Both the position numbers and the translations under genes were made by a program. From positions 1 to 42,967 of the IMG/VR virus record IMGVR_UViG_3300023214_000441: 42,967 nucleotides of DNA. The stretch is one strand, 5' to 3'. Each line of letters opens with the position of its first letter. Positions within the stretch are counted from its first letter, which is position 1. Below, piece by piece: positions 7,628 through 17,956 of this stretch. The notes under the pieces were generated by a model. That model was not told the origin of the DNA and ran no database searches. It was given only the letters and a program-made list of their open reading frames with translations. The stretch comes from a virus (lineage: Duplodnaviria > Caudoviricetes).

Positions 7628-8547
7628 CGGAGTATACCCCCGGCTTTTACGACAACATGCCCGAGCCCGTCTATCATGCCGATCCGTGCCCCGAGCCATC
7701 GCTGTCGTCGTCGATCGCGAAGCTGTTGATCAATCGTACACCCCTCCATGCATGGTGCGCCCATCCCCAGCTCAACCCGGATCACGAGGCCGAGCAGAAA
7801 TCGGAATTCGACTTGGGCCGCGCCGCACATGCCCTGCTGCTCGGCACGCCGTCGGATTTCGTGGTCATCGACGCCGACAGCTACCGCAGCAAGGCCGCGC
7901 AGCAGCAGCGTGACGATGCCTATGCCGCGGGCAAGACGCCGCTGCTCGCCGATAAGCACGAGCGCGTCATGAACATGGTCGCGGCCGCCAAGCAGCAGCT
8001 CGCCCACCACGATGACGGCCGGTACATGCTCGACGGTGACGGCGCGAGCGAGGTGACGGCGATCTGGCGCGAGGGCGAAGCCTGGTGCCGGGCCCGCGCG
8101 GACCGCATCGCCGGCGGCGACGAGATCATCTTCGACTACAAGACGACCGGCGGCTCCGCGCATCCCGATCAGTGGGGCGCCGTCACCGCTTGGCAGGCCG
8201 GCTATGACGTCCAGGCGGCCTTTTATCGCCGCGGCTGGCACGCGCTCATTGGCCGCAAGCCCGCCTTCGTTCTCGTCGTCCAGGAGACCGAGCCACCCTA
8301 CGCGCTGTCAGTGCAGCAATTCTCGGGCGACGCGCTGGCCGTGGGCGAGGCAAAGGTCGAGCACGCGATTCAGCTCTGGACGCTGTGCATGGAATCCAAC
8401 CATTGGCCCGCCTATCCGAACAAGACCTGCGTGATTTCTCCGCCGTGGCGCCATGCCAGCGAATGGATCGACGAGGACACTGGCGGGCCGCGCAGCACCG
8501 CGCGCGAGGATCTGCTCCGGAGCATGAGCGAATGGCAGGCGCCATGA
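7624..8547 (+). CDS. RecE/exonuclease VIII-like PD-(D/E)XK nuclease
   Basis: YHADP..LSSSIAKLL, LGRAAHALLL, CRARADRI, IFDYKTT, GYDVQAAFY, VVQETEPPY. Confidence 0.88.
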   Translation: MTEYTPGFYDNMPEPVYHADPCPEPSLSSSIAKLLINRTPLHAWCAHPQLNPDHEAEQKSEFDLGRAAHALLLGTPSDFVVIDADSYRSKAAQQQRDDAYAAGKTPLLADKHERVMNMVAAAKQQLAHHDDGRYMLDGDGASEVTAIWREGEAWCRARADRIAGGDEIIFDYKTTGGSAHPDQWGAVTAWQAGYDVQAAFYRRGWHALIGRKPAFVLVVQETEPPYALSVQQFSGDALAVGEAKVEHAIQLWTLCMESNHWPAYPNKTCVISPPWRHASEWIDEDTGGPRSTAREDLLRSMSEWQAP

Positions 8548-9521
8548 CCTTCAATTTCAAACCCGCCGTCCGGGAAAAGACTTCGCTGCTGATCGCGCTT
8601 GCCGGCGCCAGCGGGTCGGGCAAGACGCTCTCGGCTCTCAAACTCGCCCGCGGATTGGCAGGCGAGGGCGGCAAGATCGCCGTGATCGATACCGAGGCCG
8701 GCCGCGCGCTTCATTACGCCGACGAGCATCGATTCGACCATTGCGACCTGATGCCGCCTTTTACCCCGAAGCGCTACACCGAGGCCATCGAAGCCGCCGA
8801 CAAGGCCGGCTACGATGTCATCGTGATCGATTCGATGTCGCACGAATACGAGTCGTTTGGCGGCATCCTCGAGTGGGCGGATCAGGAGCTGGCCAACGGC
8901 GTGAAATCGCCGAAGAACTGGGTGAAGCCCAAGACCGCGCACAAGCGCATGGTCAATCGCCTGATCCAGATGCGCGCCCATCTCGTCATCTGCCTGCGCG
9001 CCGAAGAAAAAATGGAAATGCGCGAGGATAAGGACGAGCAGGGCCGCACGCGCATGATCGTCATCGCTGCCGAGCAGCGGCCGATCGAGGAGCGTTGGCA
9101 TCCAATCTGCGAAAAGCGGTTCATGTACGAGATGACGGTCTCGCTGCTGCTCGTTCCAAGCAATCCCGGCGTGCCGATTCCGATCAAGCTTCAGGATCAG
9201 CACAAACCCGCGTTTTCGGACGGCCAGCAGATTTCGGAGGACTCCGGCGCGTTTCTGCATCGTTGGGCGTCAGGCGGCAAGGCCGAGCCCGCCGACCGCA
9301 CGGACAAGAGTCTCGAGCTTGTGAGCCGGGCTGACGAGGCCGCCGGGCGCGGCGTTGAGGCGTTCCGGTCGTTCTGGCGCAAGTTGCCGGCTGCTGACCG
9401 CGAGACTATCCGTGCCAGTCTGCCGTCGTTCGAGAAGAAGGCAAAAATCGCGGAGCAGGGAACCCCCGAGGAGGATGATCCATTTGGGTTGCCGCCGCAG
9501 CAAGAGGAGAAAACGGAATGA
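8544..9521 (+). CDS. AAA ATPase, probably Sak4-like recombination protein
   Basis: Walker A GASGSGKT, IDTEAG, Walker B VIVIDSMSHE; adjacent to the exonuclease. Confidence 0.85.
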   Translation: MTFNFKPAVREKTSLLIALAGASGSGKTLSALKLARGLAGEGGKIAVIDTEAGRALHYADEHRFDHCDLMPPFTPKRYTEAIEAADKAGYDVIVIDSMSHEYESFGGILEWADQELANGVKSPKNWVKPKTAHKRMVNRLIQMRAHLVICLRAEEKMEMREDKDEQGRTRMIVIAAEQRPIEERWHPICEKRFMYEMTVSLLLVPSNPGVPIPIKLQDQHKPAFSDGQQISEDSGAFLHRWASGGKAEPADRTDKSLELVSRADEAAGRGVEAFRSFWRKLPAADRETIRASLPSFEKKAKIAEQGTPEEDDPFGLPPQQEEKTE

Positions 9522-10732
9522 ACGAGATCGTCCGCACCCCCACGAAAGCGACTGGAGGCATCACCGAATCCGAACGCGCACGCATGGACGAGATTACGGC
9601 GGAGTGGATCAGCATTGCGATGTCCACCGAGCCGTGCGACCGCGCCGAACTGACTCGCGCGATCCATGATCTCTATGCCACAGCAAATCTCGACAGGCCC
9701 CGCGTCGTCATTGTGCCGTCGCCACTCGTGATGGCATTTGCGTATGGGGCGGCGGCGGCAATTTGGCATGAGCGCAGCGATTCCGCCGCTACGCGCGCCG
9801 CTACGTTCACCGCTGCGTTCACCGCTACGGCCGCCGCTACGGACGCCGCTACGGCCGCCGCTACGTTCACCGCTACGGACGCCGCTACGCACGCCGCTAC
9901 GCGCGCCGCTACGTTCACCGCTACGGACGCCGCTACGGACGCCGCTACGGACGCCGCTACGTTCACCGCTACGGACGCCGCTACGGCCGCCGCTACGGCC
10001 GCCGCTACGTCGTACGGCGAAGCTGGCGCTCAACAAGCCTGTAAAGATCTAGCCGGGGAAGTTGGACTAGAGTGTGCACGACGATGGTACACTGTCTATC
10101 AAGGTGGAACATTTTGGGCGTCACTTTGCAGCTTTTACCAAGCCGCACGAGACGTGCTCGGCCTGGATTTGCCGAAATTCGATCCATGGGAGCGCGGCGC
10201 GCGTCACGGAACATTTCGTGTCATGCACGAAAAATTCTGCATAGTCAGCGACTTCCCGGAAATCTTGCGTGTGGACGAACAAAACCGTCCTCACTCAGAG
10301 GTGGGGCCATCGCATCGTTGGCGCGACGGCTGGTCGCTATATCATTGGCATGGCGTTCGTGTGCCGGCTCATTGGATCGAAAATCGCGCAGGCCTTGATC
10401 CGCGCGAAGTGATCGCCGCGGAGAATGTCGAACAGCGGGCGGCCGGCGCACAATTGGTCGGCTGGCCAAAGATGCTGGACGTGTTGGACGCCAAGACCAT
10501 CGACAAGCATGAAAATCCGTTGATCGGAGAGCTGATCGAGCTTACGCTGCCCGGCCTTGACAGGCCTGGCCGATTTCTCAAGGCTCACTGTCCGCGCAAC
10601 GGTACGATTGTCGAGGGCGTGCCATACGAATCCGATATCGACGGCAAGCCGATCGATACGGTGATCGGGGCGCAGGCCTGGCGCCTCGGTGACACAGAGA
10701 ACAACTACAGACCGCCTGAAATCAGAACCTGA
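9518..10732 (+). CDS. DUF6745-like protein with tetrapeptide Ala/Thr repeats
   Basis: VVIVPSPL; 12-nt repeat tract; C-terminal [34 protein letters not shown]. Confidence 0.8.
   Translation: MNEIVRTPTKATGGITESERARMDEITAEWISIAMSTEPCDRAELTRAIHDLYATANLDRPRVVIVPSPLVMAFAYGAAAAIWHERSDSAATRAATFTAAFTATAAATDAATAAATFTATDAATHAATRAATFTATDAATDAATDAATFTATDAATAAATAAATSYGEAGAQQACKDLAGEVGLECARRWYTVYQGGTFWASLCSFYQAARDVLGLDLPKFDPWERGARHGTFRVMHEKFCIVSDFPEILRVDEQNRPHSEVGPSHRWRDGWSLYHWHGVRVPAHWIENRAGLDPREVIAAENVEQRAAGAQLVGWPKMLDVLDAKTIDKHENPLIGELIELTLPGLDRPGRFLKAHCPRNGTIVEGVPYESDIDGKPIDTVIGAQAWRLGDTENNYRPPEIRT
9785..10012 (+). repeat. Coding 12-bp tandem repeat (GCCGCTACG+NNN variants)
   Basis: About 19 units such as gccgctacggac, gccgctacgttc, accgctacggac. 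Confidence 0.9.
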
Positions 10733-10743
10733 AGGAGACAGAC

Positions 10744-11091
10744 ATGACGTTTCGTGCAGCACAGGGCGAGGTCAACATCCGCCGGATTGAGCAGGTGCCC
10801 AAAGGAACCCCCCTTGGCAAAATGCAGCCCGAGAACGGTCGCTACATTCTGGGCCACAGCGAAAGCGGCCATCACCATGTGATCGACGCCGCCGGCGCAA
10901 CGGTGATGGAGCAGCCGGGTGCTCCGGCGGGGATGCGCGTGCTCTATGCCCTGCTCGACGAGCCGAACGCTCTCAAGCAGGACGCAGCGTCGCCGCATGA
11001 GGAGATCGCGCTGGAACCCGGTCTTTATGAGGTTCGCATCTCGCGCGAATACAATCCGTTTGCCGAGCAGGCGCGCCGGGTCGCAGACTGA
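10744..11091 (+). CDS. Conserved-looking phage protein accompanying the DUF6745-like gene
   Basis: QGEV..ILGHSESGHHHVI..HEEIALEPGLYEVRISREY; GGAG RBS. Confidence 0.8.
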   Translation: MTFRAAQGEVNIRRIEQVPKGTPLGKMQPENGRYILGHSESGHHHVIDAAGATVMEQPGAPAGMRVLYALLDEPNALKQDAASPHEEIALEPGLYEVRISREYNPFAEQARRVAD

Positions 11092-11240
11092 GATCGAGGG
11101 CTGCCTCATCATCAACGGCGCTCGGGGCCGTCGAAAGCCGGGATCGCTAAACCGTTCGTCCCTCATGAGATTCAGCGGGCGGTGGTGCGCAAACCGCGAG
11201 GCAGGGTAACTTATTTCACGGAAATTCCGGCAGCCCCGAA

Positions 11241-11534
11241 CTAACCACCTGCGGAGTCGCTCGCAACGTCTTCCTCGCACGCATGCACGGCGCCCTGGTA
11301 ATAGGTCAGCGCTTGCCGGAGCGCGAGAATCCGTGCTTCTGCCCTCACCGCGGCCCACTCGATGTTGGAGTCCGCCGCGGCAAAGTCGGGCCCCTCGACA
11401 TCCCGGGGCGCAATCGGACACATAACGGGAACCTCTACGGTTACTTCCTGCGTCCGATAGACGACGGGCGGTTCGCGGGACGCCGCGCAGCCCGTCAATA
11501 TCAGCGCACCAAGTGCTGCCGCCCACGTTCGCAT
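11241..11534 (-). CDS. o-spanin (Rz1-like lipoprotein)
   Basis: Lipobox LILTG-C; Pro-rich; overlaps the end of the i-spanin gene. Confidence 0.75.
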   Translation of the reverse strand: MRTWAAALGALILTGCAASREPPVVYRTQEVTVEVPVMCPIAPRDVEGPDFAAADSNIEWAAVRAEARILALRQALTYYQGAVHACEEDVASDSAGG

Positions 11535-11884
11535 TGCTCAAGCCTTTCCTGCATCGTCTCGGGAACCGCGGTGCGCTCGATCGAGGCTAGGCGCTCGGTC
11601 AGGGTGCGCTCCGCCTGCTCGGCCTTTTGCCGCGCCTCTTGTGCCAGCTCGGCTTGCCGCGAGGCTGCTCGACCAAGCGCCCGTTCCCGCGCCCGTGTGG
11701 CACGGTTCTGCGTCTCGATTTCGAGGCGCAATTGCTCGCGGTTGCTTTCGACCACTGCCTTGGCCTGCTCGCAGGCGCGCAGCTCGGTTTCGAGCCCGTC
11801 GATCCGGCCGTGCAGCGTCCATACGTAGATGCCCACGGCCAGAACCGCGATACCGCCTGCTGCTGCTGCATATCCTCCGATCAT
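11501..11884 (-). CDS. i-spanin (Rz-like)
   Basis: N-terminal TM plus long coiled coil, directly after the endolysin. Confidence 0.75.
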   Translation of the reverse strand: MIGGYAAAAGGIAVLAVGIYVWTLHGRIDGLETELRACEQAKAVVESNREQLRLEIETQNRATRARERALGRAASRQAELAQEARQKAEQAERTLTERLASIERTAVPETMQERLEQCERGRQHLVR

Positions 11885-12447
11885 CGCATCATCCTACGCC
11901 ATCGCACTATCCGGCGCCAATATTCGATCGTCTCGGCCGAATTTTGCCCCGTCACGCATGGCAAGCATGTCATGATGGCCTCATACCCCGCAGGGTCGCC
12001 GCACGCGCTCTGAGCGGCCAGAATATTGCCCAGGCCGGCATTGTAGCTGGCGGCCGCGAGCGCATGCCGATCCGGCATATCCGGCCGCGGGGCCGACCAC
12101 TGGGCACGCAGTCGCGCCATGTAGAATGCGCCGGCGTCGATCGCCCACCGGGCATGGTTCGGCGGCACGCCCGCCGGGATGCCGAGCTGCCGCTGCATAT
12201 CGGCCCAGGTTCCCGGCATGAATTGGGCGAGCCCCCGCGCGCCGACCGGGCTCCGGGCAGCCGGGTCGAGACGACTCTCCTGGTAAAGCTGGGCCTTCCA
12301 CCACTGCCACTCGGGCCAAGGCCACCATTTCCGGGCCGACTCGCGGATCTGCGCATCATAGCGGTCAGGAAAGGAACGAGGCTGCGACCACGCAGATGCC
12401 GACAAAACGAGCGCCGAAATAAAGAGCAAGCGCCAAATTTTTATCAT
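11881..12447 (-). CDS. Endolysin, SLT lytic transglycosylase with signal peptide
   Basis: QESRLDPAARSPVGARGLAQFMPGTW, ASYNAGLGN, ETIEY; hydrophobic leader ending ASAWS. Confidence 0.9.
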   Translation of the reverse strand: MIKIWRLLFISALVLSASAWSQPRSFPDRYDAQIRESARKWWPWPEWQWWKAQLYQESRLDPAARSPVGARGLAQFMPGTWADMQRQLGIPAGVPPNHARWAIDAGAFYMARLRAQWSAPRPDMPDRHALAAASYNAGLGNILAAQSACGDPAGYEAIMTCLPCVTGQNSAETIEYWRRIVRWRRMMR

Positions 12448-12583
12448 TGCACATCTCGTTGTAAGCAGATTTAAAGTCGCGCCCGGAGAGCTTGTCGAGG
12501 CCGCGTAGCACCAACCATCCGACCCCGATGGCGAGCACGAAATAGACGATGTTGAGCAGAAAGGCCGAAAACGCATAATCCAT
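12365..12583 (-). CDS. Putative holin
   Basis: 72 aa with two TM helices, directly upstream of the endolysin. Confidence 0.6.
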   Translation of the reverse strand: MDYAFSAFLLNIVYFVLAIGVGWLVLRGLDKLSGRDFKSAYNEMCNDKNLALALYFGARFVGICVVAASFLS

Positions 12584-12596
12584 ATCCGAATCTCCT

Positions 12597-13004
12597 CTAA
12601 ATCTCGGCGCAGGCGGGCCTGTTCCATTCGCGCCCCGTAAGCTCCAGGTACCGGGCCTCTTCCTGTCGGAGGCGGTAGAAATAGAACCGCTTGGCCTGCT
12701 CGTTGTTGTCGCGGATCGCCCGGCAATGTTGCCGGCGGTATTCGAGCAGCACCTTGTCTATCGAGGATTTGACGAAGCGTTCGAGCGTGTGCTGCACCTG
12801 CTCAACCTCGCGCGCCTCGGCATAGCCGGACACTCCGGGCACCAATCCCTTGGTCGCGACCACATGAAAGCTCATGATGGCTGTCATCATCAGCACCGAG
12901 CCTGCGATGACGAACCGCCAGGTTTTCACCGCCCGCGGGCTCGCATCGCTGTCGGGCGGCGCCAACGCCTCGACGATCGTCTGGACGGCATTGCGGATCG
13001 TCAT
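12597..13004 (-). CDS. Single-TM protein in the lysis cassette (possible holin/antiholin)
   Basis: One TM and a C-terminal domain with two Cys. Confidence 0.55.
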   Translation of the reverse strand: MTIRNAVQTIVEALAPPDSDASPRAVKTWRFVIAGSVLMMTAIMSFHVVATKGLVPGVSGYAEAREVEQVQHTLERFVKSSIDKVLLEYRRQHCRAIRDNNEQAKRFYFYRLRQEEARYLELTGREWNRPACAEI

Positions 13005-13007
13005 GGA

Positions 13008-13856
13008 TCAAACCCCTATCGCCAACCAGTTTGCGCTCAATGTCAGGTCGGTGCCGTTGTGCAGAAGGATACTGGAAAGCGACGAGCCGGGCCCGGCGCC
13101 GAAGCTGGCACCTTGGTTCGGCAGCGTCGTCGCGGTGGCGAACTGGACGAGGTGAGTCGATGTAAAGGGCGTCGGCAGGCTTACGTTCCGGCTTTCGTCC
13201 TCGGCCATGCTCGATTCCGTGCCCCATTGGACGATCAGGCCATTGGTGAAAGTGATGAAGCCGGGCGAGGCGTTCGATCCACTCAGCGCGCCCGATACCG
13301 CCGCATCGACGAAAGTCTTGATCTTGGCGGCATCCGGGACGAGCCCGGTCGTGCCGCTGTCCATCTCCGCCTGCGTCGCCAGCTCCACCGCCCCCTTCGC
13401 GGTTTCGCTCGCGGACGGCAGGCGCGAGGGATCAAAAATGCCGGAAACGATCTGCGCGGTATCGATCTGGATGCCGCTCGTCACGCGCGCCACCGTCGGC
13501 ACCGCGTCGGTCGCAACGCCGGACTGCATCTCGGAGGCGGTCGCGAGCCGCACAAGGCCGGCGCTGGCCTCGCTTGCGACTGGCACCACGGCGCCGGACA
13601 CGTCCGCCGTCCACACCTCCTCGCCGCCGATCTGGAAGAGCGCGGTGTAATCGGTGTCCTGCAACCAGATATCCGGCATTCGCGCGCCGGCTTTGGTGAC
13701 GACCGGGTTGCTGTTCGGAATCGTCAGCGCCGCGTCCTGGAAAGTGTCGAGCTTCGTCGTCGTGCCCTTGGAGAAAAAGGTCAGCGTGCCGTCTGTGCGC
13801 GCCACGCCGGCGTCGTCGAGCGCCTGGAAGATGGGATTGAAGAAGCGGGTGCTCAT
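13008..13856 (-). CDS. Tail fibre protein
   Basis: N-terminal virion-attachment-like domain (LTFFSKGTTTKLDTFQD..NSNPVV), ASETAKGAVELATQAE repeats, C-terminal GFITFTNGLIVQWG. Confidence 0.82.
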   Translation of the reverse strand: MSTRFFNPIFQALDDAGVARTDGTLTFFSKGTTTKLDTFQDAALTIPNSNPVVTKAGARMPDIWLQDTDYTALFQIGGEEVWTADVSGAVVPVASEASAGLVRLATASEMQSGVATDAVPTVARVTSGIQIDTAQIVSGIFDPSRLPSASETAKGAVELATQAEMDSGTTGLVPDAAKIKTFVDAAVSGALSGSNASPGFITFTNGLIVQWGTESSMAEDESRNVSLPTPFTSTHLVQFATATTLPNQGASFGAGPGSSLSSILLHNGTDLTLSANWLAIGV

Positions 13857-15937
13857 CGGGCGTTCCCTTCGCTATCGGCCGCAGCCTCGTCCTCTCCGCG
13901 CGCCGCGGCCAGAAGCGCGGCCATCGTCGTGCTGTTCGGCCGGCCCGGTAGGATATCGTCAGGGCTGACAGCTCGTTCCGCCTGCCGGCGGGCTGTGCCG
14001 CGCCCGATCCCGCGCCCAACGGATCGGCCTACCCCTCCCCCGAGACTTCCAAATCCAATGCCGCCGCGCTGGAGTCCGATGACAATGCCGAGCCGACTCA
14101 AAAGCGTCGTCAATTTGTCAGAGAACTCCTGCGTATTCAGCACCCGCTCGGCGCGCTGGGTTTTGAGGGCATCGTCACGGAATTTTCGGAGGGCCGCGAG
14201 CTCTTGCGGCGCAAAGACTTCGCGCATGACGCTCTCGTTTCGCTCCATCGCATCGTCGAGCGCACGCGCATATCGCCCCGGATCGAATCCGCCGTCGCGC
14301 ATGGCGGGGCGCACAAGCCGGCGCAGCGCGAGCTGCTTCAAGGCGCTGTCGATCTGCGAGGGATCATCCACGGCCGTGCGCATACGCCGGATCACATCCG
14401 AAGCCGTCCTTTTTCCGAACAACCGCCCGGCTCCGAAAACCGCATTCACGATCTGCTCGTTGGTCGCCCTTTTTTCGACGATCTGCTCGATGATCTTGCC
14501 GGCTTCATCCTGGATCGTGCGGCCCGATGTCGTTCGCGTCGGGCGAGCCTCGAAGCGGTCGCCAAATTCTCGCCGAACGAGGCGGGCGCTCTTCAGAGCT
14601 TCAAGGGCTTGTGCATCTCCCTCGAAAAGCGCCTTGTTGAACACGTCATCGAGAAAACCGTCGAGCTCCTTTTTGATCAGGGTCGCGCCCAATCGGTCCT
14701 CGCTGTTCGGCGCAGCATTGATCAGGCGGCCGATGACCTTCCTTTTCGTGTTGATTTCCTCAAGCGTGCGGGCTGTCATCGATCCTTCGGCGCCGGATTT
14801 CGGGATCAGGTCTTCAATTTGACGCATCGCCCTGTCGGTCGAAGGAAAAATATCAGGATCGATGATGAACCCCCTGTTCTTGAGGCGCTGGCGCACACCG
14901 CCGAGCAACGCCAATCCCTCGCTCAAAACGCTGGCCTGATGACGGGCGGCTTCGTCGAAAGCTTCATCGACCGCGAGAAGCATGCGTTGCGCACTTTCGC
15001 CTATCTCTTCGGCGATGATGCCTCCGCCCTCGCGTTCGCCGCCGATCACCGGCGCCTTGCCGGACGCGGCCAATTCCTCCTGAAGCTCGTTCGTGATTTC
15101 GCGGAGCCGCTGCGTTTGGCGCTCGTCGAAATCGCGTATGATCTTGCCGGCCTCATCGCCGCGTGTCCGCAGATTTTCTTCTCGTATAAGCTGCCTGGGG
15201 TCTCCCTCACGCTGACCTTTCGTCAGCGGAATGTCTCTTTCGGCGCCGGTCGCTCCCGGTTGCTCGCGAGCACTGCGCCTGACAATCCGCGAGAGACGAT
15301 CTGCGAAGAACCGGCCAATGCCGATGCCGAGCGATACGACAGGCTCCAACGCAGCCCCTGTGCCGGCCGTGATGACGGCGCGAAGCGGATCGATTCCCTG
15401 TTCCGAGCCTTGCGGGATCGCGGCAACATCTTCCGCGACGGAAGTCGCGCCGGCCCCTGCTCCGGCCAAGGCAGCCCTGCTCAGAACTCCTTGGCCAACC
15501 CCCGCAAGCTTTGCCGCCGGCAGAAATTTCACAACCTCCGATCCCAGATCGGCGAAATCCTGCAGAGAGAGCCCTGGGGCGTTCAGGAAAGCCTGCCGGC
15601 CATCCGGCAAATTGACCACGGTATTGCCGTGCTCGTCCCGGTCAAATGTCACGCCCGGCACATTCTTCCTGATGATGTCTTTGCGTGCTTGGATGTCCGG
15701 AGTCGTGAAGAACCCGGCTGCGATGGCGAGGTCGCCCATCTCTTTCGGTGCCACATCGCCCAATGATCCAAGCTCGGGCAGATCGCCACGGCCGCGCGTG
15801 CGTCCGGTCACGAAATCGACGGTGGACTCGACAATGCCGCGGTCGTCATCCGGCTCTACCACGTCGTCATCGGCACCGAAAGCAGCCGTCTGCTCGACAA
15901 CCTTGTCGTCCGTGCCGAATTGCGGTTGCGATGCCAT
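13853..15937 (-). CDS. Internal virion/DNA ejection protein (large)
   Basis: 694 aa, helical, Gly/Ala-rich hydrophobic segments; podoviral position. Confidence 0.65.
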   Translation of the reverse strand: MASQPQFGTDDKVVEQTAAFGADDDVVEPDDDRGIVESTVDFVTGRTRGRGDLPELGSLGDVAPKEMGDLAIAAGFFTTPDIQARKDIIRKNVPGVTFDRDEHGNTVVNLPDGRQAFLNAPGLSLQDFADLGSEVVKFLPAAKLAGVGQGVLSRAALAGAGAGATSVAEDVAAIPQGSEQGIDPLRAVITAGTGAALEPVVSLGIGIGRFFADRLSRIVRRSAREQPGATGAERDIPLTKGQREGDPRQLIREENLRTRGDEAGKIIRDFDERQTQRLREITNELQEELAASGKAPVIGGEREGGGIIAEEIGESAQRMLLAVDEAFDEAARHQASVLSEGLALLGGVRQRLKNRGFIIDPDIFPSTDRAMRQIEDLIPKSGAEGSMTARTLEEINTKRKVIGRLINAAPNSEDRLGATLIKKELDGFLDDVFNKALFEGDAQALEALKSARLVRREFGDRFEARPTRTTSGRTIQDEAGKIIEQIVEKRATNEQIVNAVFGAGRLFGKRTASDVIRRMRTAVDDPSQIDSALKQLALRRLVRPAMRDGGFDPGRYARALDDAMERNESVMREVFAPQELAALRKFRDDALKTQRAERVLNTQEFSDKLTTLLSRLGIVIGLQRGGIGFGSLGGGVGRSVGRGIGRGTARRQAERAVSPDDILPGRPNSTTMAALLAAARGEDEAAADSEGNAR

Positions 15938-17268
15938 TATTTCTTCTGCCTGATGGTGCCATCGGGATGACGATAAAGCAAACCGGATGGCAGCGCTTCA
16001 TATTCTTCGGGCGTCGAAATGAGCGGAGTGGTCTCCGCCACTTTTTCGTCGCTAGCTTGCGCGTCGCGCGCGTCCGCTGATCCACCGCGAAGATTTTCAA
16101 GGCCAAGATCGCCCTCAAACGACCGACCAAGCCGACTTTCGTAATTGAGGCGAAAATTCCGTGCCGTTCGCTCCGCCACGTCGCGCAAGACCACAGCGAA
16201 AGCTCTGGGGTCGGCAGCGCTGGCGCCGATCTCGCCGATGAAGCGCCGAACATCACGATCGGATACACTTCGGCCAGTCTGCCCCGAGGCTGCGGCGGCC
16301 TGGAATGCCAGCGAGGTAATGATCGACTGCATCCGCCGGTTCTGAATGCCCAGCTCGTCGAAGCCCACCCCACTTTCCGTGCTGTCGGAATATCGTGTTG
16401 GATCGAGGATGTTTTCGTCGAACTCCTTGCCGAGCGCGCGAGCAACGGCCTTGCCCTCTTGCTGCAGGTCGTTCACGAGTCCAGCGAATCGCCCGGCGAA
16501 TGTGTTGATATCTGGGCTGTCTTGGAGAAGCGATAGAGCATCTCCGGTCGTCGCCAGGAATTGCTTGGTCGCCACTTCGGCATCTCGAAGCTGGCGAGCT
16601 TCCGTATCGCCAAGAACCTCTTCGCTTGTCCCCGTGATGTTCTGTCCGGTGATCGAATACTCTCCCGGCCTTAGAAATTGTTGATTCCCTTCCTGATCGA
16701 AGAAGCTTGCGATGTTGGTTTGCGGATCGATAGAGGCCGTAACAGGTCGATTGCTGTCGCGCGGAACGATATTGGCCCGATCGGGCTCCGCCTGCTCCGG
16801 CGCGGAGCCGAGCGCCGCAAGCGCGCCGTCGAGAGCGCCTTGCGGATCGTCCACCACGTCCTTGCGGAATTGGTCGATAACTTCCTTGGGAAAAACGCCG
16901 TCCCGCTCCGCCGCATCCGCGACCTGGTTGAGATACGTCGAGAGCTGGTTGGGCGGCACGCTTTCCTTGCCGAACAGAAGCATACCCGCGAGCTGTTGCG
17001 CCTGGGCGGCCCGTTGGTTGGCATCGAATTCCTGTTGGCGCAATATACCGAGGCGCTCGGCCTTGTGCGCCTGCGCTTCCTGCCGCTTCTGCTCGGCGAG
17101 CAGCGATTCCATCTTGATGCCGTGCTCGGATTCCAGAAGCCCGAGCTTGCGTTCCTCGCGGCCCTCCTCGCGCCGGCCGGCCTGAGCGGCGGCTGTATCG
17201 AGCGCCACCGTGCGCGGACCGATCGGGCCCCCGCCCTGCGCGATCTGCGAAAGAATGCCGTCCACCAT
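15937..17268 (-). CDS. Internal virion/DNA ejection protein
   Basis: Gln/Ala-rich N-terminus; GRSVSDRDV motif; start ATG 17268 with GGAGG RBS. Confidence 0.65.
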   Translation of the reverse strand: MVDGILSQIAQGGGPIGPRTVALDTAAAQAGRREEGREERKLGLLESEHGIKMESLLAEQKRQEAQAHKAERLGILRQQEFDANQRAAQAQQLAGMLLFGKESVPPNQLSTYLNQVADAAERDGVFPKEVIDQFRKDVVDDPQGALDGALAALGSAPEQAEPDRANIVPRDSNRPVTASIDPQTNIASFFDQEGNQQFLRPGEYSITGQNITGTSEEVLGDTEARQLRDAEVATKQFLATTGDALSLLQDSPDINTFAGRFAGLVNDLQQEGKAVARALGKEFDENILDPTRYSDSTESGVGFDELGIQNRRMQSIITSLAFQAAAASGQTGRSVSDRDVRRFIGEIGASAADPRAFAVVLRDVAERTARNFRLNYESRLGRSFEGDLGLENLRGGSADARDAQASDEKVAETTPLISTPEEYEALPSGLLYRHPDGTIRQKK

Positions 17269-17284
17269 CGCCGTGGTTCCTCCG

Positions 17285-17956
17285 TTAGAAGCTAAAGTCG
17301 GGCGTCGTCGGCACTTGTGGCACCGAGATCGGCTGGAATGTCTCGGCCCCGCCTTGCGTGCCGAGAATGCCGCCTGCCGAGGCGAGCCCACCGATGTTCT
17401 GGGCCACGTTCAGAAAGCCGCTCGCCCGCGCCTGCTGGCGCCCGAGCGCGGCATCGGCCTGTCCGGCGGCGGCGTTCGCGCCAAGCCCGGCAACCGTCGT
17501 CGTCGCTGCGCGGCCCTGCTCGGACAGGCTGAAGAGCTGGTTGAAGTAGTTGTTGAACTCGGACGAGGCCAGGCCCTCGCCGAAGCGCTGGACGGCCTTG
17601 ATCCCGGCCCCGGATTGCAGAAGCCCTCGCGAGGCCGCCGAACGCTCGACCGCCTTTACGCCCTCGTCAAGGCGAAACTGGAAGCCGGGGGATTTGAAGA
17701 ACTCGGAGAAATCCCGGCCGTCCGGCGTCTCGCCGGTGCTCGTCGGCAGCCCGAGCGACAGCGCGAGCTGATCGAGCGCGGACGTGCCGACCCCGGAGAA
17801 CGGCTGCAAGCTTTCCCGCGAGCGCTCGAACTCCTGGCCGATGATCTGGCCCGCCTGCTTGAAGCCCTTGGCGACCTTGCCGGAGGCGAGAAGCCCGCCA
17901 GCAATGTTCGCGCCGGCGCTGACGACCGAGCCGGCAATATCTGCACCACCAGGCAT
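17285..17956 (-). CDS. DNA transfer protein (P22 gp7-like)
   Basis: SPGFQFRLDEGVKAVERSAASRGLLQSGAGIKAVQRFGEGLASSEFNNYFNQL. Confidence 0.8.
   Translation of the reverse strand: MPGGADIAGSVVSAGANIAGGLLASGKVAKGFKQAGQIIGQEFERSRESLQPFSGVGTSALDQLALSLGLPTSTGETPDGRDFSEFFKSPGFQFRLDEGVKAVERSAASRGLLQSGAGIKAVQRFGEGLASSEFNNYFNQLFSLSEQGRAATTTVAGLGANAAAGQADAALGRQQARASGFLNVAQNIGGLASAGGILGTQGGAETFQPISVPQVPTTPDFSF

Noticed and set aside
9785-10012. Second guide array or DGR template
   Set aside because: In-frame 12-bp coding repeat; no reverse transcriptase gene or TR/VR pair seen.
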